Assembly (NCBI GenBank): GCA_028534125.1
Contig: CM052832.1
Location: 17,610,001 to 17,674,000, forward strand
Origin: Lama glama
Lineage: Eukaryota
DNA: 64,000 bases
Direction: 5' to 3'
Numbering within the stretch: the stretch's first letter is position 1; the number at the start of each line of letters is the position of its first letter. The notes beneath the pieces were generated by a model, which saw only the letters and a list, made by a program, of their open reading frames with translations, searched no databases and was not told where the DNA came from. Below, in pieces: positions 12,339-24,251 of this stretch. Position numbers and translations under genes: made by a program.

Positions 12339-12495
12339 CACTCACTTCCTGGGCAATCTCTTGGGGGAGCTCTGGAGGTTCACACTTCAAGATGGTCACC
12401 CCAAGTGGGAGCTGGGGGTTCAGACACTCCAAAGAGGCTCCTTGATATTCTGTCACCAGTAGGTGCATGTCCTGTCCCTGAGGGTAGACAGAAGC
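12339..12495 (-). CDS. PGBD1: PGBD1 coding exon 2 (157 nt)
   Basis: tttgtcctcag|GCTTCT...GTGAGTG|gtgagt; ASVYPQGQDMHLLVTEYQGASLECLNPQLPLGVTILKCEPPELPQEIAQEVS(G). Confidence 0.9.
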
Positions 12496-12749
12496 CTGAG
12501 GACAAAAGATTCACCTTGAAAAGGCATCCTGGTGGGAAGTGGACCAAACAGCAGTTATGGATGTCCTAAAGGAACACCATACAAGCCCCAATCCTTTAAA
12601 GAGGCACTGGGAAGACAGAAGAAAGAGACATTCACTCATTTGGCAAATACGGACTGAACACCTACTAAGAGCCAGGTTCTAGTCTATATTGTGGGGATAT
12701 AGTGGCACACAAGAGACAATACAGGCAAAGAATCGTGGCCTAGAAAACA

Positions 12750-13575
12750 AATCAAAAACCCAGATGGATGATTAAACTAGTGGGTGGAAGTTTAATGAGA
12801 AATAGGATATGCACACCATCTCATAATGTCTCCTACAGATTACTTATTAATTACAAAGGGGAAAATGATAACTATAGTGGAGAAGTCTGACAGATACCAC
12901 CTTAACCTCGTAAGTATTGGGACAATCCATCATCATGTGCCTTGTGATCTAATGCACTGAGAACACAACATTGTTTCTGTGGTTTTCTAGCCAAAATGCA
13001 CAACCTGGGTCTTATCATGAGAAAATATAAGACAAATCCAAATTGAGAGGCATTCTATAAAATAATTGCTCTGTACTATTAAAAAATACCATTGTCATGA
13101 CAAAGAAAAAACTGAACTCTTCCAGATCCAAGAAGACTAGAGACAGGAACTAAATGTAACGTGTGATTGGAGCAAAACTGCCATAAAGAATACTACTGGG
13201 CTATCATGGATATAACTGAACAAGGACTACTGTTGAGATGATGGTATTGTAACAATTTAATTTCCCAAAACTTGATAATTGCATTCCGGTTACATAAGAA
13301 AATATCTCTGTTCTAAAGTGTTTAGGTAAAGGGGTATAGTATTTCCATAACTCTCAAGAAAAAAATGTGTGAGTCTGTGCGTGTACATGTATGTATATGT
13401 GTGTGTATACATGTATGCACACAGAGTGAGCGTGCACTTATTCACAGGTGAGTGGGGCACAACCTGAAACAATTATTAACAACTGGTGAATCTGGGTGAA
13501 GAGTACACAGGGGTTCTCTGTACTAATCTCTTAATACTTTTATAAGTTATAAATCCTTTCAAAATAAAAAGTTAA
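12750..13575 (+). mobile_element. Old L1 (L1ME-like) 3' region fragment
   Basis: Recalled L1ME 3' motifs (ttattaattacaaaggggaaaa, agacaaatccaaattgagaggcattcta, ggtgaatctgggtgaagagtacacaggggttctctgtacta); similar sequence recurs at 24460-25030. Confidence 0.6.
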
Positions 13576-13633
13576 ACATTGACAAGCATTCTCCATTTCT
13601 TCTCCCACACGACCACACACGTTCTCTTCCCAC

Positions 13634-14014
13634 CTGCTGCCCTGTGTCTTCTGTGTCTTTCTCTAGATTCTCCAGCACTGTCACTGCCTCCTCCCCACTC
13701 TCCAGAGGATACTCCTGCACACAGGCCTGGAGCTCCTCAGGCAGGATGGTCAGGAACTGCTCCAGCACCAGCAGCTCCAGGATCTGCTCCTTGGTGTGGG
13801 TCTCTGGCCTCAGCCATCGATGGCAAAGTTCCCGGAGTCGGGCCAGAGCCTCTCGGGGCCCGGTGACCTCCTGGTAGCAGAACTGCCGGAAGCGCAGGCG
13901 GCACAGCTCCAAAGTATGGGAGCTGCACCTCTGCTCCCATGTGGGATCTTCCTCCTTCACTTTCACAAGGCTGTCTCCATCTTCAGGGGTGGGGCGTGGC
14001 AAAGCTTCATCCAT
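13634..14014 (-). CDS. PGBD1: PGBD1 first coding exon, SCAN domain
   Basis: ATG at 14014 ([23 protein letters not shown]); SCAN core [17 protein letters not shown]...[12 protein letters not shown]; donor CAG|gtggga at 13634; acceptor gcatag| at 14055. Confidence 0.95.
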
Positions 14015-14850
14015 GCTGAGCTTAAAGGCTGAAAAAAGGTTCACTTCACTGGGGTCTATGCAAAGAAATGTTTTTCCAAATGTGTCTGAGGCATAAGAAT
14101 TGATCAGTAACCCGAAAATTATAAGAGCTTCAAAACTCTGTGTAATATACTTATATTTTTGTCCCCACTCTAAGTCATGCTCAAAAACTGAGCCTGCTTG
14201 CCTTATTATCAGTGAAATTAATCAGAAGAATATCTTGAATCCTAAGTGAGTTGAGCTCAGAGGTGAGGGATGCAACAAGGTAAGGGATATGCGGGAAGAA
14301 GGGTTAACAAGAATCTTGAGCAGCTTACACTTCACATGAAGGGAAGGGATTTTATCCATGGAAGAGCCAGATGGCTGCCTTCGTGGACAGATTAACATAC
14401 TCTTAAAGGTCATCTGTCTCTGCATTTTTCTCACAGAATATTTCACCTTAAAGCTACGTAGGTGAGGTAGACTGTTTCCAAATTCTCCATCCCCTAAAAC
14501 CTGTTGTAATGAGATTTTTGTCTCTCTTCTCATCAAGAGGTGGAGTCTGTTTTTACTTCTCTTGAATCTGTGCCAGCCTATGAGTTGCTATGACCAATAG
14601 AACACGGCAGAAATAAGATTGAAAGAAGAAGTGCCTTCAAGAAACCATACCTTCAAGAAAGCCACAGTCTTTCCAAATGCCTCATGTTACTGCCATGCTG
14701 ATACTCAAATTTGTTCCACCCACCTTGTACTTTACGGCCAGGACCAGTCTTCTTAACAGTAAATTCCCAAGGCCCAGTGCAAATGTCACCCCCAAACCTC
14801 ATGTACAGACAATCTTCTGTCCTCTGAGCCACTCGTAGAGGGTGTTCCCA

Positions 14851-15310
14851 TGGAAGTGAGCCCCAGCTGAGAAGCTGGGACCTGGGACCCTGTGCTGCAG
14901 TGTTTGCACCTGGACAAACATCCCCTGGAGCCACAGAATACATAAAACTATAAGGGACTAAAAGTAACTGCATGCATTCGCAGTTGGGGCAAGTCATGAA
15001 TAAGAAGATACAAAAGACCCAAAACCCCACTGCTGTTTCTGAGGTGTCAGGAGCAAAAGCAGGGTACTGCGCATTACCCCCGCACGCAGCCCCTCCAAGG
15101 GGCTGGGCAGAGCACCTAAGCCACCCCTACGGCAGGACCTCTGGACCCGCCCCTTCCCTCATCCCATTTAAGGGACCAGCTGCCACCACTCAAGGAAGGA
15201 GCAAGGGAGCCTGCTACTTGTTTTCACCAATAAAGCCTTGCCTAAATTTCTCATCTGGCCCCTTATCAATTTCTATTGATAAAGGAGTCCAAGAACCCTG
15301 GTCAGTAACA
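14851..15310 (+). mobile_element. Solo ERV1-like LTR in PGBD1 intron 1, antisense to the gene
   Basis: TATA-like atttaagg, AATAAA near 15229 and a U5 ending ...ggtcagtaaca. The 5' boundary is approximate and no TSD was resolved. Confidence 0.7.
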
Positions 15311-15599
15311 AAACCTGCCTCACCAACCTGCCTCCCTCTCCATCCCGCATTACGGATCACACTCCCAATCACCACCACCGCCACCACCCCAGCCCCTGGA
15401 AGACTGTGGTTTATGTTTGAATAAATAACCTCCGAGTCCCTGGTATTCAACAAATACTGGCCGACTTACGAATGCACGCAGGCGTCCTGGGAACCTCTGG
15501 CGGTCCCAGACATATCTTACTGAGATGACACTCCAGCACCTAGCGCTTGGCATACAGTGGGCACTCGGTAAGTGTGTGTCTAATTGACAGCTAATGGAC

Positions 15600-15950
15600 C
15601 CCAAGTTCAAGGAACATGCACAACAAAGACGCGACTGACCTGGCGAAAAGCCCCACTGGAGGGCGGAGGCCCGGCTCTCCGCAGTGGCAAGAAGAGAGAC
15701 AGCCCGCCCCCGGGCCCCCACACCTCCCTCCTGGCCGGCGGATCGCGCCTGCGCTTCCTGCCCTGGATACCTGGGGGCCCAGGGCTTCCCCTCGCGTTGC
15801 GCCCGCAGCCCAGTCCTGGCGGCAGCCAGCCGGCTCCGTGCCTCTCTAGGAAGGCGGCCGCTCGTCTCTCTGGTGCGCCAGGCCGATCCCCACCGCCTCC
15901 CACCGCCAACCCTGCCCTTTCTCAGCGCGCGAACCCAGCCTGCCCCTCAT
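15600..15950 (-). promoter_or_regulatory. PGBD1: CpG island: PGBD1 promoter and non-coding first exon
   Basis: Dense CpG and GC boxes about 1.6-1.9 kb upstream of the PGBD1 ATG. Confidence 0.75.
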
Positions 15951-15974
15951 TCATGTAATCATTTAAATTAAAAA

Positions 15975-16290
15975 CCTGAAGATTGTCATTCTAAGTGAAG
16001 TTAGGCCAGAAAGAGAAAGAAAAATATCATATGATACCACTTATATGTGAAATCTAAAAAAAAGGCAAATGAACTTATTTACAAACAGAAACAGACTCAC
16101 ATAGAAAACAAACCTATGGTTATTACCAAGGGAGTAAGGGGTGGGAAGGGATAAATTGGAAATTGAGATTTGCAGATACTAACTACTATATATAAAAGAT
16201 AAACAAGTTTATACTGTATGGCACTGAAACATGCTGTACACCAGAAATTGACACATTGTAAACTGACTATAATTCAATTTAAAAAAATCA
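15975..16290 (+). mobile_element. L1 3'-end fragment next to the PGBD1 CpG island
   Basis: gtcattctaagtgaagttaggccaga...ctgtacaccagaaattgacacattgtaaactgactat plus A tail; matches other L1 3' ends in the window. Confidence 0.85.
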
Positions 16291-16600
16291 ACTAGATAAA
16301 ACTGAATTTCTGTCTTTAAGATCTTCATACGCTGCGGGGGGGAATGAATAAACATTACAACACAGCAAGCAGCACAAATTAATTTTGAAAATTTAAATAT
16401 ATAGATTATATATGTACAATAAAAACTCAAGTTGCATATTTGCATACAGACTATGAAACGAAAAGTGTCCCACTCCCCAGAGTTAACCATTGTTAATATT
16501 TTGTGTGTATCTTCCCAGGACACTACCAGCCACATAATAATAGTCAATGAACATTTGTTTAGTATGTATTTTAAACCACCTCTGGCATCACAATATAATT

Positions 16601-16708
16601 GGGGGGAGCAATTAGATGTATTTATTTCAATGGAGGTACCAGGGATTGAACCCAGGACCTCATGCATGCTAAGCATGCACTCTACCACTGAACTATACCC
16701 TCCCCACC
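16601..16708 (-). mobile_element. tRNA-derived SINE (Vic-1-like) with 13-bp TSD
   Basis: Head ggggagggtatagttcagtggtagagtgcatgcttagcatgc; TSD tcacaatataatt at 16588-16600 and 16709-16721. Confidence 0.9.
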
Positions 16709-17015
16709 TCACAATATAATTTTGCACCTTATCTTTTTCAGCTAAGATAGTTTGGAGATCTTTCCATATCAGTTTATTTTTTAACAGTTAGTATTCCATT
16801 GCACAGGTTAATTTACTTAACTATCCCCACTATTTTTCTTTATAAGTAATGTTGTAGAAAACACCACTGAATACCTTTACATGCCTTTATGGGTATATTT
16901 TTGGGTAACCACTACACATTGGAATTAATTTGTCAAAGGCATATGCATTTAAATTTTGGTATACAGCTCTCCTACTCAATTCTGAAGGGCACTGCTGTTT
17001 AAGAGTAAAAGGAGA

Positions 17016-17067
17016 GTACACCAGAAATTGACACATTGTAACTCACTGTACTTCAATTAAAAAAAAA
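17016..17067 (+). mobile_element. About 50-bp L1 3' terminus with perfect 15-bp TSD
   Basis: tacaccagaaattgacacattgtaa...cttcaatt(A)n flanked by aagagtaaaaggaga at 17001-17015 and 17068-17082, preceded by ttt (L1 endonuclease-type site). Confidence 0.85.
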
Positions 17068-18079
17068 AAGAGTAAAAGGAGAATCTAATAGAAAAATTCG
17101 GCAAAGGTGAACATGGGAGTTCAAAATCAGAACTAACGTTTAATCAAAATAAACATGTTAATTAACAACCAATTAACATGTGAAAAGATATTCAATTTTG
17201 ACAGCAAAAATATTCTTTAAAAACTCTTTAAAAAAGAGACCCAAACAAATATGGCTCACCAGTAGAAGATATTGTTGCAATATAGTTCAGCCTTCCTGGA
17301 TTTCTGCCTTCTGAATAGATTTTTGCCTTTTAGGGTGTCTAAGATGTCTTACACTGCAAGCAAACTCCCAATCGAGATCTGTTATAACAACTGCCCTTTG
17401 TTCAGCGTTCCTATAATTTTCAAGAATAAGGAAAATGTGTTATTTAAATATATCTCTATTCAACATTTATGCCCAGGTGGTTATGGGTCTGCCCCCAGGG
17501 TACAGATGAGAACACCATTTCCTTTGGAATTGTAAAGAGTTAGGTTAAGGTGTCAATAAACTTAGAATGCTTGTAATACCTGTACTATGGAATCATGATG
17601 AAAAGAGAAAGCAGAGATAAATTTTCCCGCTATTTAAGGGTATATAATTCTTCATACTTTGAATCTTTTACTCATCATTGCTTTTTAATGAGAATAATAA
17701 AGATGTTCTTTCCTTAAACTGAACAGAATCAAATAGATTTTAAACTATGACACGGAGCTAATTGTTTAGGTACTGACTTCAGCACATCCCTCAAAACTCA
17801 GAAAAATCTGTTATCAACTTAATTTTACTCATAAAGGCAAAAAAAAGATACATACCTTTATGGCTTCCTAAGCAATGGAATATGACTGACTTTCCACAAA
17901 ATCCCTTAATTTCTCAAAAAATTACAGCTGCTGCTCCTGCAGATTTGGTACTCCTCCAGGAAATGGTATTAACTGTTGCTTCTGGTCAGCTTGCACCCAG
18001 TCAGATCAGAATGGGAAGTGGGTCAAAGACTCCTAAGTGCCTATTTCGGCCTTCATTCTCCCCTTTATTCTTAGTGACA

Positions 18080-18500
18080 GAAGCCTGAGTTTCAGCTGGG
18101 CACTCTGCAACCCAGACTAAGACCCACTTTCCAGTTCCCTTTCCCTAAGTTTTGGCCTATGATATATGTGCTGAAATGATTTATGGGAAGGCTGCTCAAA
18201 GGGAGCTGACTGACCCAGAGGAGTTTATTTTGGTCCTTCTGCCTTTTGTCCACATTTTGATGTGATGGCTGGAGCTTCAGCAGCCATGGAGGATCATATG
18301 ATGACCTTAAGGACTGATGGAATGCCCTAGCATGGTGGAGCAGAAAGTCAGAGGCTGGGGTCCCTGGTAATATCATGGAACCATCTTACCAGTTCCAGAC
18401 TGCTTGTCTCTGGCCTTCTCTATCTGACAGAAAGACTTCTAAGTCATTCTCACTTTTGTTTGTTTTTAAACTATATGCCGCTGAACCAAAACCTTAGCAA
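18080..18500 (+). mobile_element. Old MaLR LTR (MLT1-like)
   Basis: Recalled MLT1 motifs: tgtgatggctggagcttcagcagccatg, ggtggagcagaaag...ggggtccctgg. Boundaries approximate. Confidence 0.6.
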
Positions 18501-19571
18501 AACATGAGGACTCATGAGTCTTCTCATGATAGACTGAGAAGTCTTTTCCAGACAGCAGTACTCCAAGCAGTTACTACCAATCAGCAAGTAATGTTTATCA
18601 CCCTGGTGATGTATTCAGAAGTAGGCTCACCTAAGCTTAATAATCTTCATCATTCTCATGACATTTTGGCATTCAGTGTGAAGATCATTATTTCCTCCAA
18701 GCTAACTTTACTACTCGACTTTCAAAATTCCAGAATAAGCAGCATTTTAAAATTACATCATCAGTATTAAAGGAAGAAAAGTCCAAACTCTTGCCCCAGG
18801 CATTTACTGAATAGTGTCTATGCAGCAGCCACTATACTAACACTGGATTTATCAAGTAAGGCAGTCGCTGCTTGGATTAATTCAGCCCAGTTCATTCAAA
18901 TGACTTATGAAATCTCTTCTATAGTCTAAAGAAAAATCTTAATTTCTAACTTGGATCAATGAGGTATTATGGCAGGGATAGGGCTGGGAAATGGTAAAAT
19001 TAGATTATCTTTGCTTTCCAAAATGCTTCTACTGATTGGGGATGGGAAAGGTGGGGATAATGGTGGGGGTGGGGGGTGGTTAGTAAAGCCAGCGGGGGAG
19101 AATGTTCACCATTTACCTGTACTTTAAGACATCTCTGAGTGTGATGTATTTCCAAACATCATTAGTTTTGCTGTGTAGGAGTCTGTAGCAAATGTAAAAT
19201 TATCAACCTGCCCTTCTGATTAAGCCTGTAAATCTGTGGACACTTGATGTGCCGCTGACTAAAAATCCCTCACTCCATCATGAGGCTCTCTACGACTTGG
19301 AGATGCGTGACTATGCATTTACCATGTTAAAGGCTCTGAGAAGTCCTGCAGTAAAGACTGTTGTTTACCTTTGACCCCACAGTCACCATCTGGGGTCAAA
19401 TTATTGTGATCCAAAGCTGACTAAAAGGAAAACAAAGGAGGGAGAATGGAGGTAGATAGCCTCCAACTTGGCCCCAAGAATCCTCTGCCAGAGCTGGCTA
19501 CAGTGACTTTTCCTGAAGTTCTGCTTGCTTGCAAATGTACTGTCTCTGGTATTTCATAAGGAGAGGACACC

Positions 19572-20476
19572 TCATGAAGCCAGTTTGTCTTTGTGGTGAT
19601 ATCTCTGATGTTGAAAAAGACCTGACCTCTGCCTGAAGGCTTCTCCACACTCATTACATTCGTAGGGTTTTTCTTCATTGTGGATTCTCACATGCTGAGC
19701 GAGGTGTGAGTTTAGTCGGAAGGCTTTCTGGCATATAGTACACTTGAAAGGTTTTTCTCCAGTGTGAATCCTGTGGTGCCGAATAAGGTCTGAGGTCAGA
19801 CTGAAGGCTTTCCCACACTCATTACACTGATGGCTTTTGGAGTGGCTGTGGATTCTCTGATGGTGGGTGAGGAGAAGGGCCTGACTAAAGGTCTTTCCAC
19901 ACTCTTTGCACTCACAGGGCTCCTCCTGACTGTGGATTCTCTGGTGTCGATTAAGGTGAGAGCTGCGCCGAAAGTTCTTTCCACAGTGGATGCACAGATA
20001 AGGTTTCTCTCCAGTGTGGATTCTGAGATGTTCCAAAAGGCCTGCATTCTGGCTAAAGACTTTTCCACACTCCTTGCACTGATAAGGCTTCTCACCAAGA
20101 TGGATTTTCTGATGTCTGATAAGGTGTGAACTTCTCTGAAAGGCTTTCCCACACTCGTGACACTGATGACCTTTCTCTCTGGAGCGGACTTTCTGATGTC
20201 CAGTAAGACTAGAACTCTGACACACCTCAGATGCACAGAGTTTTTCTCCTGTGTGCGAACCTTCATGCTTAATCAGATCTGAGTGCTGGATGAACCCCTC
20301 CCCACATTCTGAGCACTTATAGTCAGTCTTCTCTTTGGGCTGGGCTAGCTGCCTATCCAAGTTAGAGTCCCTGTAATGAGCCTCTATGGGTTCAGATATT
20401 TTCTCAGATGATTCCACTCTTCCACGGGAGTCTGTCTCTACAACCAGCTTCTCATTCTCAATCCTGGTCTCCTCAC
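19572..20476 (-). CDS. ZSCAN26: ZSCAN26 last exon: 8 intact C2H2 fingers plus 1 degenerate finger
   Basis: Acceptor aatgttccag|GTGAGGAG at 20476; fingers such as CHECGKAFQRSSHLIRHQKIH and CIHCGKNFRRSSHLNRHQRIH; ends HHKDKLAS*, matching recalled ZSCAN26 (ZNF187). Confidence 0.95.
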
Positions 20477-22772
20477 CTGGAACATTAAATACACACCACC
20501 AATTACTTGCTTTTTGGTGCTCAGGGAAAGAAATCTGCAATTAGGAGGAAAAAATTTCAATTAAGCCACGTGTGCAAAATGGAAATGTCATGGATTCTTG
20601 TATTTGCATAGAACATATGTGGAATGATACATAAGAAGTTGTTAATAATGGCTGTCTTCAGGAGATTGTGGTGGAAGATGACTTATCTTAAATGGTTTGA
20701 AGTTTATCATGTGATACACTCATATATACACACATACATGCACATACACAGAAGTCAGCAAGCAAGCAAACTGTCATCAAGGGCATGGCTGTATGTTCTT
20801 TATAATGGCCTGTCACATGGAAAATAAAAAAGCTATGCCAATTGAGAAAGGGATAGCACTAGAAATGAAAAAATGAATTGGCAATAACATGTAGACATGG
20901 TGCCAATTTTATCATTGATTAGCTATATAATCTTCAGTAATTTAAATCCTCTGGGCTTAGTGTCCTCACCAAGAAATCAAAAACATTGGACCCCAAGACC
21001 TTGAAGGTAACACGAAGTCCACAAAAATGTCTTAGCCTTTCCAGATCTCCTTGGACACAGTAACTGCTTTCCTGTGTGGTTCAATGAAGCTGTTACATCT
21101 CAGTGCTGTAGTAAGTTGCTCTAATGCCTGGCACATAAGAAACAGTAAACAATGTTTGCTGAATAAAACCTTAGCTCAGACACACAGGCAGAAGAGGGTG
21201 GGGGAACAGCAGATTTTAAGGCCAGGAGCACGAATGGGGACGCAAAGTCAGAATGAGAGAGTAAGAGGGGAGGTGGATGGAGAAAACAGAAGAGTGAGAG
21301 CCTAAGCAGCACTAACAACAAATGAGGGTTACACAGCATGAGCAAGATAAAGGTAGCAGATCATTCACAGAGTGAGAGTAGATGAGTCCCAGCGTGAAAG
21401 GGAAAGTGAAGGGACTGGTAAGGAGACATCAGAGAAAGTAAAGTCACCAGTGGGGGCGGAAAGGTTAAACAAGGTAAACAATATACTGTGTGTAAAGGCC
21501 CTTTGCGCGAGAAGGAAGTAGCCTACATGGGGGAGGGAGGGAGAGTTAAGGGAAGAGAACAGGAGAGGTTCTTTTCCAAGGATGACATAACAACGTATAA
21601 TAAGGGGAGGCAGGGTGCTCTGAAACCAAAAAACAACCTGAACTTTGAATATAAAATAACATTTGCAACAGACCTAGAGGGTAAGGTACAGTTTCAAGAA
21701 TCTACTACTGCTAAATTTACTTTTAATATTTAAAATATACATCCATCATGGATTACAGGGCATAAATTCATTTCTGCATGGCTGTTTAGAAATGGTTGGC
21801 CTCTCTCTTTCAGCTACTCTATACAGAAAGCTTCCAGAAGAAGGGGAGATTTGAAGCAGACTCAGAAACCGAGAAGGGGAAGTAGGTAGTACATAAAAGA
21901 AGGCTTTAAAATGAAGATCAGCCATTCATCAAATAGATACCGAGGGTCTACTCTAGGCCAGGGACGGGAGCAGACTCAGGAAACAAAACAAAGCCCCTAC
22001 CCTCTTGGGCTAGCAGGAGAAAAAGAGAAGTAAACCAGCCACTCTAATGTCATATGATCAGTTCTGTGGTGAGAGGAAACCTGGAGCTCCAGCAGCAGAG
22101 GTGGGGACACGGATCCAGACCTGGGGGACTTAGGGAAGGACAGAGAAAATGGTATCCAAGCTCAGTCCTGATGGAAGAGTAGGAATTGGTCAGGGAGAGT
22201 GAGGAGAAAGTATTCCAGCCAGAAGAGGAACAGATGGGAAATGGAATGCAGCTCAGCATGAGGGGAACACACAGTGTAAGCAGGTGGGACAAAGGGCAAT
22301 GAACTGTCCCAAATTGTCTGGGAATGAGGGGTTCCCGAGTACATGGAACAGTCGGAGCTAAAAGTCTCAAGCACACTGAAGCAAGCTGGTGATGTCAGGG
22401 CATATGAGGCTGCAAAGTCCACAAATGCCAGAACACGCCATATGAGGCCTTTGTTAACGGCCACTAGGAGTCACTGAAGGTGGTGGGTTATTTCTTATTT
22501 TTATTTTTTACTTTTTATTATGGACTTTTTCAAATGTCGAAAAAAAGTTGAAAGAATAACATTACTCAGCTCACTGAAGGGCTTTAAGAAGGGGAGTAAC
22601 ATTAATAAATTTGTGTTTAAATGATGAGAATGAACAGGAGGTAATTTAACTTCAATGGAAGCAGCAGGATGACTGACAGTAAAACAAAAACGAGAAGCAG
22701 GGCTTACATCAGAAAGAGAAGAAAAATGCAAGGGACAGAAATTAGATCTCAGTGTCAGAGAAAATATAGTTG

Positions 22773-22890
22773 GGGGGGGGAGCATACACAAGGTCCTGGG
22801 TTCAATCCCCAGTACCTCCTCTAAAAATAAATAAGTAAACCTAATTACCTTCACCCCCAAAATTTTTAAAAAATTGAAAAAAAAATAAAA
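22773..22890 (+). mobile_element. tRNA-derived SINE with the A-box region deleted
   Basis: A G-run followed by agcatacacaaggtcctgggttcaatccccagtacctcc and the aaacctaattacc tail. Confidence 0.8.
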
Positions 22891-23419
22891 TATATATTTG
22901 AGCAAAAAATAATCCAGGCAACATTTAGAAATAAAAGACAGTAGTCATTTATAATAATTTGAAGATGGTAAGAAAAAATGAGTAATGAATCATGTGGCTG
23001 AATTCTTTGTCTTAGGTGAGAAACTAGCACTCCTTTTTTAACTCCCCCCCCCCCACAGTAAGGGGGAGAAGAGGAAGGTGAACATCCACACAGGAGGAGG
23101 ATTTGGTTTTAACTGAACAACAACAACAACAACAACAAAAACCAAAACCACACCAAAGATAAGGGTATAAAGGAAATGTCTTCGGTGATGGAAACTTTTG
23201 TAATCTTGATTGTGGTGATGATTAGACAACCATAATTACTCCATGTTTGTGAAAACTCACTTACAAAGAGTGATTTTACTGCGTGAAAATTATACCTCAA
23301 CAAACCTGGCTCAAAACAAAAACAAAAAGCAAAATGCCAGAGGCGCTGAGCAGGGCCTCAGGAGGGCACTATGAAGCCCGGCACATCTCACAGGCACGAA
23401 GATGCAGTCTACTTCTTAC

Positions 23420-23537
23420 CCTCCTCTCTGTCAGGCTTTGGACCTTCACCCTCGGGTTGGACCTGCTGCTCCCGCGCTGCTCTCAGAGGGGCTGTCTCCT
23501 CCACAAGTAGTTTCTGTTTCTTTGTCTGGTTTGAGTC
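23420..23537 (-). CDS. ZSCAN26: ZSCAN26 coding exon 2 (118 nt)
   Basis: gtccctag|GACTCA...GAGGAGG|gtaaga; DSNQTKKQKLLVEETAPLRAAREQQVQPEGEGPKPDREE(G). Confidence 0.9.
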
Positions 23538-23831
23538 CTAGGGACAATTAGGTACATGTGGGTTTAGAAGGAAACTGCTGTTCAGAAAAACAATGTTAGA
23601 AAAGAGAGTGAAGAGAAACCACACAGGAGGAGAGAAAAGAGGCTGGAGCACCCGGGGCACACTGTGTTCCCTCCCTCCCAGTAGGTAAGACTGCGGGGAG
23701 ACCTGCAGCAGGAAACAGCCAGACTGAAAAGAAACTGAACCAGAGCTCAGCAGTGGGAGAACTGCTGGCCACCCCTCTGGCCAGAGGTCTCAATTCCTGC
23801 TTTCCTGCAAAAGAGCACATCTGACCCTTAC

Positions 23832-24251
23832 CACCCGTTGTCCTGTTCCTCCCAGCTCCGGCTGCAAATCCTCCAGGACAACCACCACGTCTTCCCCGCT
23901 CTCCGGGTGACGCTCCCGCACCCGGACCTGGAGCTCCTCAGGCAGGATGGTCAGGAACTGCTCCAGCACCAGCAGCTCCAGGATCTGCTCCTTGGTGTGG
24001 GTCTCGGGCTGCAGCCACTGTCGGCAAAGTTCCCGGAGCCGGCTCAGCGCTTCTCGAGGTCCTGCGGTCTCTTCATAGCGCAGCTGCCTGAACTGTGTGC
24101 ACAACGGCTCTGGTCTGAGGCCTGTGCCGTCTCCTTGCGGCTTGACTCCCTGTTCCTGAGTAGAGCCGTGATCCTCCTTCACCACCTGAAGCCCCTCCTT
24201 CTTCAGGTTTAGAGGAGCTGGGGAATGAGCGCTCATCAGTGCTGTTGCCAT
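23832..24251 (-). CDS. ZSCAN26: ZSCAN26 first coding exon, SCAN domain
   Basis: [21 protein letters not shown] followed by the SCAN core; donor GTG|gtaagg at 23832. Confidence 0.95.

Noticed and set aside
15350..15971. Several overlapping ORFs in CpG islands (also 28751-29194 and 59355-59885)
   Set aside because: Stop-poor GC-rich promoter DNA giving low-complexity P/G/R/A translations.
19796..20266. Alternative-frame ORFs over finger exons (also 44708-45376 and 51611-52271)
   Set aside because: Typical off-frame readings of C2H2 arrays.
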